From Bdellovibrionota bacterium (lineage in GTDB: Bacteria > Bdellovibrionota > UBA1018 > UBA923), in NCBI GenBank assembly GCA_040754655.1, contig JBFMCE010000038.1, positions 20,282 to 36,389 on the forward strand: a stretch of DNA of 16,108 nucleotides, written 5' to 3'. Positions 8,263-15,870 of this stretch are shown here, piece by piece. A model generated the notes under the pieces. It ran no database searches and had not been told where the DNA came from. It saw only the letters and a list, made by a program, of their open reading frames with translations. The translations under genes and the position numbers were made by a program. Each line of letters begins with the position of its first letter. The stretch's first letter is position 1.

Positions 8263-9528
8263 ATGCGAGCACGAGCTTTTCTACTTCTATTTTTTGTTTC
8301 CTTGTTTGTCTCTACTGCGCATGCGTGGGAGTCTTTCCCGGAGTTCGGGAGTTTGACTGAGGACGAACAGTCAAGGTTTGATCAGCCCACGCTTCTTGGC
8401 CCTGAGTACTCTTCTGACATTCTTGCATTTTCGAAACCGTATGACTGGCAGTACCACTGGCTTTCGCATGACATCGCATTCGATGGATCGGTGGGAAGCA
8501 TCAGTCCGGTTCACTTTTTGATCGACAACAGGTTGAAGGCGAGAAGCAGCCTTGCGAGTTGGCTTGATTTTCGATTCACCTATTTTGATGAGCGCAATCA
8601 TGACAGGCAAGCCTCCCACCATTTGATTGAACTCGTGTTCTGGCCATTCTCGAAGTTTGGAATCAGCCTCTACGCCGAGCCTTCTTACTTCAAACGGGAA
8701 GACGATGAAGGCATCGCTCTGATTTACCGACCGCAACCTCGGCATGAAATCAGGCTGTTCAATACCTTTGTCGACCTGACTCGCAAGAAAAGAAACGATC
8801 GCACCGATACATTCAAAGACTCGCCCAACTCGGTTGGCCTTGTCGGAAGACTTTGGAGCCCGCACGAAGATGCAGCCGGGGTGGGGGACTACGTTGAGTA
8901 TGGTTTTCGTTATGATGACAAAACGCTCTGGAGCTTTCCTGACGACGGATATGAATACACGTACTGGCGGCTGATAGCGATGGCATCAGTTTCAAAGCGC
9001 GTGCTGCCTCGCATGCGCCTGAACCTGCGTTTGCAAGGCGACCGCAAGTTTGAAGCAAGAACAGGCCTGCAGGGCTTGCAAAGCAGGCAGAGCCTTGATC
9101 GATGGACCACAGACCGCGTGCTCACGACGTTTCAGTTTGTCTTTAGCGAACTTGGTCCGTCGCAGACATGGGAACTCACAAGTGGCTTGCACTACACGAT
9201 GAGGCGGTGGCGCAATCAGAATGACACGCTCGCTTTTCATGATTACCTGCCTCACCTCTGGTTGAAAATGCCCGCCTTTGACTCAACCGAGGTGAAGGGT
9301 TTTCTTCGCTGGGGCTGGGACCTCACTTGGCATCGCAAGTTTCAAGGAGCTCTCTTGCATCCAACGGATGAAGACAAGAAGGTCAATCAGCGCTTCAACG
9401 CCTCGTTTGGTTTTACATTCAATAACAACAAGGCAGAGCTTCTTCTGCTCGGAAGTTTTGATCTCGAAGATCTAGGAACGGGAGATACGTGGGAAGGGGG
9501 CAACGCTCAGCTTCGGTGGTTTTTTTGA
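8263..9528 (+). CDS. Putative outer-membrane beta-barrel protein of unknown family
   Basis: Signal peptide ending in AHA. Aromatic-rich amphipathic strands throughout (WLDFRFTY, FGISLYAE, YVEYGFRYD, LNLRLQGD, LRWGWDLTW, FNASFGFTF). C-terminal GNAQLRWFF ends in Phe, like a BAM beta-signal. Confidence 0.75.
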   Translation: MRARAFLLLFFVSLFVSTAHAWESFPEFGSLTEDEQSRFDQPTLLGPEYSSDILAFSKPYDWQYHWLSHDIAFDGSVGSISPVHFLIDNRLKARSSLASWLDFRFTYFDERNHDRQASHHLIELVFWPFSKFGISLYAEPSYFKREDDEGIALIYRPQPRHEIRLFNTFVDLTRKKRNDRTDTFKDSPNSVGLVGRLWSPHEDAAGVGDYVEYGFRYDDKTLWSFPDDGYEYTYWRLIAMASVSKRVLPRMRLNLRLQGDRKFEARTGLQGLQSRQSLDRWTTDRVLTTFQFVFSELGPSQTWELTSGLHYTMRRWRNQNDTLAFHDYLPHLWLKMPAFDSTEVKGFLRWGWDLTWHRKFQGALLHPTDEDKKVNQRFNASFGFTFNNNKAELLLLGSFDLEDLGTGDTWEGGNAQLRWFF

Positions 9529-9631
9529 ACGCTCGTTATGGCCTCTTGCGCAAAAAAGAGTTGATCATCTGAGAGGCGCCGCATAAGAACCTCACTATAC
9601 TTTTTTGATGAAAGATGAGGAGGGGTTTTCG

Positions 9632-11026
9632 GTGCGGGGATGCGTGGTTTTCTTTTTTGCGTTCTTTTTTTGTTTAGATGCTGTCAAGGCCTCAGACCTG
9701 CCTCAATGGATCAAACGACAGGCGGCTCTTTCCTGCGAAAAAATTTTAAGACAGATGTCTCCTTCCGATGGCGCTCCAGGCGCCATTCTCGCTTCTCCTT
9801 CAAGAAAGGATCCCAATTATTATTATCATTGGGTGCGCGACGCCGCGCTTACGGCAGAAGCGTTGGTGCAGGTCTATAAAACAGCGACCGACCCCGAGAT
9901 AAAAAACAAGACGCTCCGAGAGCTCTTTCATTTCGTCGAGTTTTCTCGCTCGAATCAAAAGGCATTTACGATCTCAGGTTTGGGTGAACCTAAGTTTTTG
10001 GTGACAGGCGCCGCTTTCAACGAACCTTGGGGAAGACCCCAAAATGATGGCCCTGCGCTCAGGGCCCTTGCGCTGATCCGTTTCGCTAGAGAACTGATGC
10101 AAAATGGATACGCGGGCTACGTGAAGACGGTTCTGTATGATTCAAAACTGCCAAGCCATTCAGTGATCAAGACAGATCTGGAGTATGTGGCAAAGAAATG
10201 GAGAGAGCACGACTTTGATCTTTGGGAAGAGGTTAAAGGCCATCATTTCTTTACGCGTATGGCCCAGCGCAAGGCCCTTCTTGAAGGAGCCACGCTTGCG
10301 GACGCGCTTGCCGATGCTCAGGCTGCGACACACTATCGCCGAGAGGCAGCTCTCATCGAAGCAGAGATCCTCAAGCATTGGAACGCCCAAAAACGTGTGC
10401 TTGAGCCCACGCTCGAACGGGTGGATGGTCCGGACTATAAAACAAGTGGCCTAGACACGGGCGTGCTTCTGGGGATCCTGTATGGGACAAGAGGGGATGG
10501 ATTCCTCCCGATCACCCACGACTGGGTGCTTTCAACTCTTGCTCAGCTGCGATCCGTATTTCAACAAGGCTACGCCATCAATCAGAAACATGATTTTGGC
10601 ACGCTGATCGGCCGTTATCCTGAAGACCGTTATTACGGAGGCAATCCTTGGGTTCTCACGAGCTTGGCTTTCTCGCAAGCTTATGCGGAGATCGCGAAGC
10701 AAATCCAAAAAGACGGAAAAATCCAGGTGACACAGCTCAACCGGCAGTTCTACCTGGGCATTGTCGGCCAAGACGCGTTGTCCCGTAAACAGCTGGTTGG
10801 TTCTGCGGTTCTTCTAAAGACTGAACCCGCGTTCGAGAAGATTATGGCAAGGCTCTTGTCAGAGTCTGACGCCATGATTAAAAGGGTTCGAGTGCACGTG
10901 CATCCTGATGGCTCGATGGCCGAACAGATGGATCGAAACTCGGGCTTCATGATGTCGGCTGAAGATTTGACTTGGAATTACGTTCAGCTCTTATTCACGG
11001 TTTGGACACGGGGGGACTTGCGATGA
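9632..11026 (+). CDS. Secreted glucoamylase (glucan 1,4-alpha-glucosidase), GH15, fungal-type single catalytic domain
   Basis: ASPS..DPNYYYHWVRDAALT, GLGEPKF, WGRPQNDGPALRA, DLWEEV (catalytic acid), GRYPEDRYYGGNPW and GSMAEQ...SAEDLTWNY (catalytic base). GTG 9632 has a strong SD (GAGGAGGGG at 9617-9625) and begins a signal peptide ending in VKA. Confidence 0.95.
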   Translation: MRGCVVFFFAFFFCLDAVKASDLPQWIKRQAALSCEKILRQMSPSDGAPGAILASPSRKDPNYYYHWVRDAALTAEALVQVYKTATDPEIKNKTLRELFHFVEFSRSNQKAFTISGLGEPKFLVTGAAFNEPWGRPQNDGPALRALALIRFARELMQNGYAGYVKTVLYDSKLPSHSVIKTDLEYVAKKWREHDFDLWEEVKGHHFFTRMAQRKALLEGATLADALADAQAATHYRREAALIEAEILKHWNAQKRVLEPTLERVDGPDYKTSGLDTGVLLGILYGTRGDGFLPITHDWVLSTLAQLRSVFQQGYAINQKHDFGTLIGRYPEDRYYGGNPWVLTSLAFSQAYAEIAKQIQKDGKIQVTQLNRQFYLGIVGQDALSRKQLVGSAVLLKTEPAFEKIMARLLSESDAMIKRVRVHVHPDGSMAEQMDRNSGFMMSAEDLTWNYVQLLFTVWTRGDLR

Positions 11027-11610
11027 GCTTGGGGAAGCTTTTTCTTCATCTTCTTTTTCTAGGTTTTTTTGTCACGGGTACGGCGTATGCCGAGATCTCG
11101 CGTTTTATTCGAGTGGATCAAGGGGTTTATCGAGGTTCTCAGCCTGAAGATGGCGATGATTACGTTAGGTTAAAGAAGACAGGCGTTCGCACCATCATAA
11201 ACCTACGAGATGAAAAAAGTGCGAAAAAAGAGCGCAAGGTCGCATATGCGCTTGGAATGAAGTTTTTCAACATTCCACTCTCAGGATTCTACGCTCCCTC
11301 TGACGAGGATGTGGAAAAAATCCTCTCGCTCATGGCGAAGCCCGAGCTGCAACCTGTTTTCATTCATTGCCGTTACGGGAAAGACCGCACTGGCTTGCTC
11401 GTGGGGCTTTACCGCATTCGTTATCAGGGCTGGCAGCCTGAGTTGGCTTATAAAGAGGCGCTTGAACTTGACTTCAACCGAAAGCTCTTCGGGCTGAACT
11501 ATTACTTCCGAAAGCAGATCAAAAAACACCTCAGAGGCGAGGATGACGAGGGCAGTTTGCAAGAAGGGTCAGATTTTCTTGCACCAATAAACATGAGTGA
11601 GGAAACGTAA
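11023..11610 (+). CDS. Secreted cysteine-dependent (dual-specificity/tyrosine-type) phosphatase, HCxxGKDRTG class
   Basis: VYRGSQP, GVRTIINLR and PVFIHCRYGKDRTGLLVGLYR (CX5R P-loop). Signal peptide ending in AYA. ATG 11023 overlaps the glucoamylase TGA (ATGA) with a G-rich SD upstream. Confidence 0.92.
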   Translation: MSLGKLFLHLLFLGFFVTGTAYAEISRFIRVDQGVYRGSQPEDGDDYVRLKKTGVRTIINLRDEKSAKKERKVAYALGMKFFNIPLSGFYAPSDEDVEKILSLMAKPELQPVFIHCRYGKDRTGLLVGLYRIRYQGWQPELAYKEALELDFNRKLFGLNYYFRKQIKKHLRGEDDEGSLQEGSDFLAPINMSEET

Positions 11611-12336
11611 GGAAATCTTGGAAGCAGAGCTCGGCACCTTAAAAAGCCGGGGCAGGTCTTTCATGACCTGTTCTGCCTGGAGGCGTTGCTCGGATTCGCT
11701 TTTTTCAGCCCAAAAACTCATAGTGTTCAAGAAGTTAATGAGTGTTTTTGAAGTGTATTCTTGCGCGGAACGGAACATCTTTTCGCGCAAAGAAGTAAAA
11801 AGGTCGGTCTGCTCAAAACAATGCTTCCATTCGTTGCTTTGAAACCTTGGAATGTTTTTGGCATGATAGCCTACCTGTGAAAGCAAAGACCGTATAGAGT
11901 CATGGTTCTCATCGAGCACGGTCCAAATCAGCCCCAGTGAACCCCTAGGTTTCAAGACTCGCGCGATTTCAGCCAAACTTTTTTGAGTGGCAAACCAGTG
12001 AAATGCATTCGCGCAAACCACGACATCAAAGGTCTGGGCCGGGAAGGGCATCTCTTCCGCAGAAGCTTGAACAACTTCGGTGCTTGGGAATCTTTGGCTC
12101 AGTTGTTCAAGCATTTTTGGCGAAAGGTCGGCGGCCGTTGCGTTTGAGGTGTAGCGCAAGACGTGGCGGGTGAATTTGCCGGTCCCAGCTGCGAGGTCCA
12201 ATACTTTGACGCTTTGAGCCACCTTCAATTTTTCAAGGAGGAACGATGCGGTCCGTTCCGGATACTCTGGCCTTGCTGATCCGTACGCTGTTGCTAATTG
12301 GTCAAAAACCATGTTGGTTTTAGGGGTTTCCGGCAT
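11569..12336 (-). CDS. Class I SAM-dependent methyltransferase (Methyltransf_11)
   Basis: F...A.AY..ARPEYP N-terminus, VLDLAAGTGKFT, ASAEEMPF, FDVVVCANAFHWF and EIARVLKPRGSLGLIW. Start is ATG 12336 or 12312 rather than TTG 12378. Confidence 0.92.
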   Translation of the reverse strand: MPETPKTNMVFDQLATAYGSARPEYPERTASFLLEKLKVAQSVKVLDLAAGTGKFTRHVLRYTSNATAADLSPKMLEQLSQRFPSTEVVQASAEEMPFPAQTFDVVVCANAFHWFATQKSLAEIARVLKPRGSLGLIWTVLDENHDSIRSLLSQVGYHAKNIPRFQSNEWKHCFEQTDLFTSLREKMFRSAQEYTSKTLINFLNTMSFWAEKSESEQRLQAEQVMKDLPRLFKVPSSASKISLRFLTHVYWCKKI

Positions 12337-12411
12337 GGATTGTATTTTACAACAAGAGTGTTTGTCGTTAGAAGCCAATAAAGAAAAGGGAAGAAAAAAG
12401 GGGGAGAGACG

Positions 12412-13323
12412 ATGAAAAAGCTTTATACCTTATTGGGCATGGTTTTTGTCGGCAGTTTCGCGCAGGCCGATCCAACGGATTCCATTCGAACTCAGAATGA
12501 CGGGGACCGTTTGGTGCTTTGCGGAACCGGAAAGCAAGAAGACACAGACCGCCGTCTTGAACAAGATCCGGCCAATTTTAAATTGAACTCCTCAAAACGC
12601 GTTGACCAGCGCTTTAGAACTGGGTTCCCAGAACGTTTTCCGGATTCGTATTGGGGCATTGAAAAAGACAGTGAAACTTACGTCTGCGTCGGAGCGAGCC
12701 GCTATCTTGATTCCATCTGGACTTTTCCTGCGCCAAGAAAAGGCGCCTTTTCAGAGTTCGGGGTAGAGATCCGTGGCTTCGCTTTGGATAAAAATGGCAA
12801 AACGCGTGACGTGAACCGCGATGGCAAGGTCGACGGCGATGATTGGACGGGCTTGGATTACATTAAGGTATTCGCCGGAGTGAATCGCAGAGATAGCGTT
12901 TTCATCGCAAATGCATTTCGCAGGCACTGGGGGCTTCGAGCAGCGCCGGGCGAGATCCATTTTATGCATTACGATACTCAAGGCTACCCTCGGCGCATCG
13001 AGGTGACAGGACCTAATGGCAAACCGTATGTTGAAGCTGAAATAGGTGGCGGCAATTCCTTCAATTGCGTTCACAAGTGGGAGAAATGCCATGTTTGGGG
13101 GAAGTTCGAAGGTTCGAGCCTGACTGTCGGTCCGTTCGATCGGTTCAATGTTTATTCTATAGAATTCGCCCACAATGAGAACAAGTGGGTTCGGTTTGAT
13201 GAGAAGACCGATAGGTTGCGCGTGTATGACCCGGGGCTAAAGCAGTTTTTGCGGCAAATTCACTTTAAGCCAGAGTTTTGGGTAATGGCAAAGAACAGTA
13301 GCTTTGACTTCCCGAAACCTTAG
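12412..13323 (+). CDS. Secreted hypothetical protein with an EF-hand/dockerin-like Ca-binding loop; possibly acetoacetate decarboxylase-like fold
   Basis: Strong SD, signal peptide MKKL...AQA, DVNRDGKVDGDD loop at 12808-12843, and the pattern RYLDS...GAFSEFGV...RRHWGL...EIHF. Confidence 0.8.
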   Translation: MKKLYTLLGMVFVGSFAQADPTDSIRTQNDGDRLVLCGTGKQEDTDRRLEQDPANFKLNSSKRVDQRFRTGFPERFPDSYWGIEKDSETYVCVGASRYLDSIWTFPAPRKGAFSEFGVEIRGFALDKNGKTRDVNRDGKVDGDDWTGLDYIKVFAGVNRRDSVFIANAFRRHWGLRAAPGEIHFMHYDTQGYPRRIEVTGPNGKPYVEAEIGGGNSFNCVHKWEKCHVWGKFEGSSLTVGPFDRFNVYSIEFAHNENKWVRFDEKTDRLRVYDPGLKQFLRQIHFKPEFWVMAKNSSFDFPKP

Positions 13324-13349
13324 AGAAGAAAAGAAGTAGAGGTGCGGTG

Positions 13350-14492
13350 GTGTTTGTAAAATATATCATTTTTGTTTGTGTAGGGCTTGGACTGGGCGTT
13401 TTTCCAAGCTTTGCCGACGACTCACAGGTTGTTTTGCAAACACTGCCAAAAAAGCTCTCAGCTCAAGAAAAAGCGCTTGGAGCGGGCGTGAAATTCATGC
13501 TGAACCGACGCTGTTCTCGGTACAGCAGGTCGAGAAAAGAAACCAAAGCAGAGTGTCGGCGGGCAGCGGCACTTTTAATGAAGGTGCTGGATGCGAGAAG
13601 CTTGCCGGTCGCCAAAAAAAACCGGCGTTCTTACGAACCAAATTTTGTGGGTGCCGTTTTTGCAAACGAGACGCTCGCCGCCATTGCCGAGCCTGGCATA
13701 CAAGAGTATATCCGGGTGACGGCGGATTTTGTCAGAGCCCACCGTGGCGGGGTAGGGGTCGCAAATCTCTGGGATTGGACCTTAACGCTTTCAAATCAAG
13801 ATCCGGTTGAAAGCTTAAGACGGATCGCGCTCTTGTTTCAAGACACCGATGCGTTTGCGTATCTGCGCTTCTTGAAGTTGCTTGCCCCGACGGCGTCTGG
13901 GAGGCTTCTTCGTGACCTGGAAATCGTGGGTCATTCCATTCGTGATCAGAAGGTTTTTGACCTTTACCCGACGGAATTCAAAAACAAGATTCAGTACAGT
14001 AGGGCGCAATACCATTTCTATGTGATCGCTTATGCAGCTTATAAGATTGCGCGAGAACTTGACGGCAGAGGGGCACCCATGGCGGCCGCGGTGCCCTTTG
14101 TCTTTAATACGACCTACGAGTATTTTAGGCACAAGCTCATTCGAGGTTTAGACCGGGTGCCTGATCTCTCAAGCCGAAAAGACCGCGAGCAGACCCGTTT
14201 GCTTGATATCCCTTATACGGCGAGGGAGTTTCTTTATCCGAGCGATCCCAAAAAGGTTGAGCTAGGTTCAGAGCCGACCAACCCTTTTCTCTACAACGAT
14301 GCCGAAACCGAGTATCACGATATGTTTAATGATATCTATTTAGGATACGCCGGGGCGTTGTTCGGGGTCCGTCTTGCAAACCGCGGGGAGCCTGGGTTTC
14401 CGATGGATTATAAGAGGTTTGTCAGGGAGTTTAGCGAGAGTCCCAGGGGTTTTATAGAAAGACACTCTTTTGCCGGATCGTACCTTAAATAG
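13350..14492 (+). CDS. Secreted hypothetical protein, largely alpha-helical
   Basis: Long ORF with AGAGGT SD (GTG start at 13350 or 13347) and signal peptide ending in SFA. Motifs YHFYV, YEY and NDIYLGYAGALFG. Confidence 0.8.
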   Translation: MFVKYIIFVCVGLGLGVFPSFADDSQVVLQTLPKKLSAQEKALGAGVKFMLNRRCSRYSRSRKETKAECRRAAALLMKVLDARSLPVAKKNRRSYEPNFVGAVFANETLAAIAEPGIQEYIRVTADFVRAHRGGVGVANLWDWTLTLSNQDPVESLRRIALLFQDTDAFAYLRFLKLLAPTASGRLLRDLEIVGHSIRDQKVFDLYPTEFKNKIQYSRAQYHFYVIAYAAYKIARELDGRGAPMAAAVPFVFNTTYEYFRHKLIRGLDRVPDLSSRKDREQTRLLDIPYTAREFLYPSDPKKVELGSEPTNPFLYNDAETEYHDMFNDIYLGYAGALFGVRLANRGEPGFPMDYKRFVREFSESPRGFIERHSFAGSYLK

Positions 14493-14525
14493 CGAAGTTC
14501 GAGGCGAGTGAACTTGCGCCGTTTT
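14492..14525 (+). terminator. Possible weak intrinsic terminator
   Basis: AAGTTC (14495-14500) and GAACTT (14510-14515) form an inverted repeat directly after the stop, followed by GCCGTTTT. The stem is short. Confidence 0.25.
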
Positions 14526-14623
14526 CAATGAGTAGTATTTACGTTCGACACCTTAAATTTAAAATAAACATTGCTTGTTGCAATTTCTTGAAGTAGTGCG
14601 CTGCATTGAGAGGGCGTATTTCT

Positions 14624-15823
14624 ATGATGAGATTTTTCGTTTTATGGTGCGCGGTAGCGTCTGTGCTTCCGCTCGGCGCGCAGGGCGCAGAGAAAGAATG
14701 GGCGGTGGATGGGGTCACTCTTTCAGAACTGCTTCAAGCGCGGGCACAAAATCCTGATAAGGCCCAGGCCGACCTTAGACGCGACTTTGAGATCCACTAT
14801 CAAAACGCCACGCTGGATGAAACGAAGCCCGATGGCCTTATTCCCTCTCGCCATAAAATAAAAGTCGACTCGGTCACTCTGCTCGTCGATCTTTTAGACG
14901 CTCGAAGTGGCGTGGTGGTCAGCGCGTATCGCAAAGAGATCTCTGTTTCTAAGGTGCCTGATACAGGCAGCATTCGTCATGTCTTTAAGTTCACGGCCCA
15001 AGAGCTGGAAGACAAAGACATGCGTGCGCGATTGTATGCCAGCGGTGAAACGATTGAGAGCAGAGTCATGACGAGCAAGACTCCGTTCAAAGAGGTCCTC
15101 GTATTTGACACCGGCGTTGTTTCGCCAGACGCGGTTGAAGGGATCTACAGCCCCGTTACTCAGAATATCGCCCGAAATGGGGGAAAATTTAACGAGGTTG
15201 AGGGAGTCGGCCCTTTCAACTACGGTGTTCCGTATATGGTGCTTAACGATTCTTACGACCAGGTTCAACTCGATGAAGAGGCAGCAAGAAAGCGTGGCAC
15301 GGGACGCAAGGTCAAAGTCATTTTTAGGTGCGCGTCCCTTCAAGCGGTGAATCCGAACATGCCTTACCCTTATGAAGTGACGGGTATAGTTGTTCAGGGC
15401 GAGGGCGTTGAAACCTTGCGTGATGAAGATCCGACAAAACTTGTTTATGACTATGAGTTTGAGTTCAAAGGAAAAGCCGTGCTAACCAAGAAAGATTACA
15501 CGGGCCCGACTTGGGTGGAACGAAAGCTTTTCGGCAAGTACGACTATACGCTTGCAACCAAGGAAACCCTGATAGAGTTCCCAGTGTCTGGAGCTTTTAG
15601 CCTATCACGAGCAACCAAGGCAGGCGTTGAAACTCGTGGGCGGGAGCTTGAGGATCCAAGCAACGGAAATGAACCGTGGACATGGATTGGCCCCATGGAA
15701 ATGTCGGGCAAAGATTTTGGCCTCTATTTCTGGGGTTATGAAGGCAATAGTGGGAATACCCATTCCTTCAATTCACGTGGCAAGGCTTATGACTGCCCGT
15801 TGAAGTATGAACTGCAGAACTAG
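14624..15823 (+). CDS. Secreted hypothetical protein, beta-rich
   Basis: About 400-aa ORF with GAGAGGG SD at 14608-14614 and signal peptide MMRFFVLWCAVASVLPLGAQG. AT-rich upstream region. No family recognised. Confidence 0.8.
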   Translation: MMRFFVLWCAVASVLPLGAQGAEKEWAVDGVTLSELLQARAQNPDKAQADLRRDFEIHYQNATLDETKPDGLIPSRHKIKVDSVTLLVDLLDARSGVVVSAYRKEISVSKVPDTGSIRHVFKFTAQELEDKDMRARLYASGETIESRVMTSKTPFKEVLVFDTGVVSPDAVEGIYSPVTQNIARNGGKFNEVEGVGPFNYGVPYMVLNDSYDQVQLDEEAARKRGTGRKVKVIFRCASLQAVNPNMPYPYEVTGIVVQGEGVETLRDEDPTKLVYDYEFEFKGKAVLTKKDYTGPTWVERKLFGKYDYTLATKETLIEFPVSGAFSLSRATKAGVETRGRELEDPSNGNEPWTWIGPMEMSGKDFGLYFWGYEGNSGNTHSFNSRGKAYDCPLKYELQN

Positions 15824-15870
15824 CTTCGTTTCAAAATACTGTCATTGAGAGGCTAAGCGACACCTTCCGA

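Noticed and set aside
11569..12336. Methyltransferases (this one and 3925..4518) as DNA methylases of a defence system
   Set aside because: No DPPY/NPPY or PCQ catalytic motifs; both are small-molecule Methyltransf_11 types and no nuclease is nearby.
312..15350. Numerous alternative-frame and antisense ORFs (e.g. 3952..4461, 6816..7277, 8371..8865, 12751..13173, 13376..13810, 14894..15343)
   Set aside because: They lie within or largely overlap well-supported genes and show no motifs; they are shadow ORFs.
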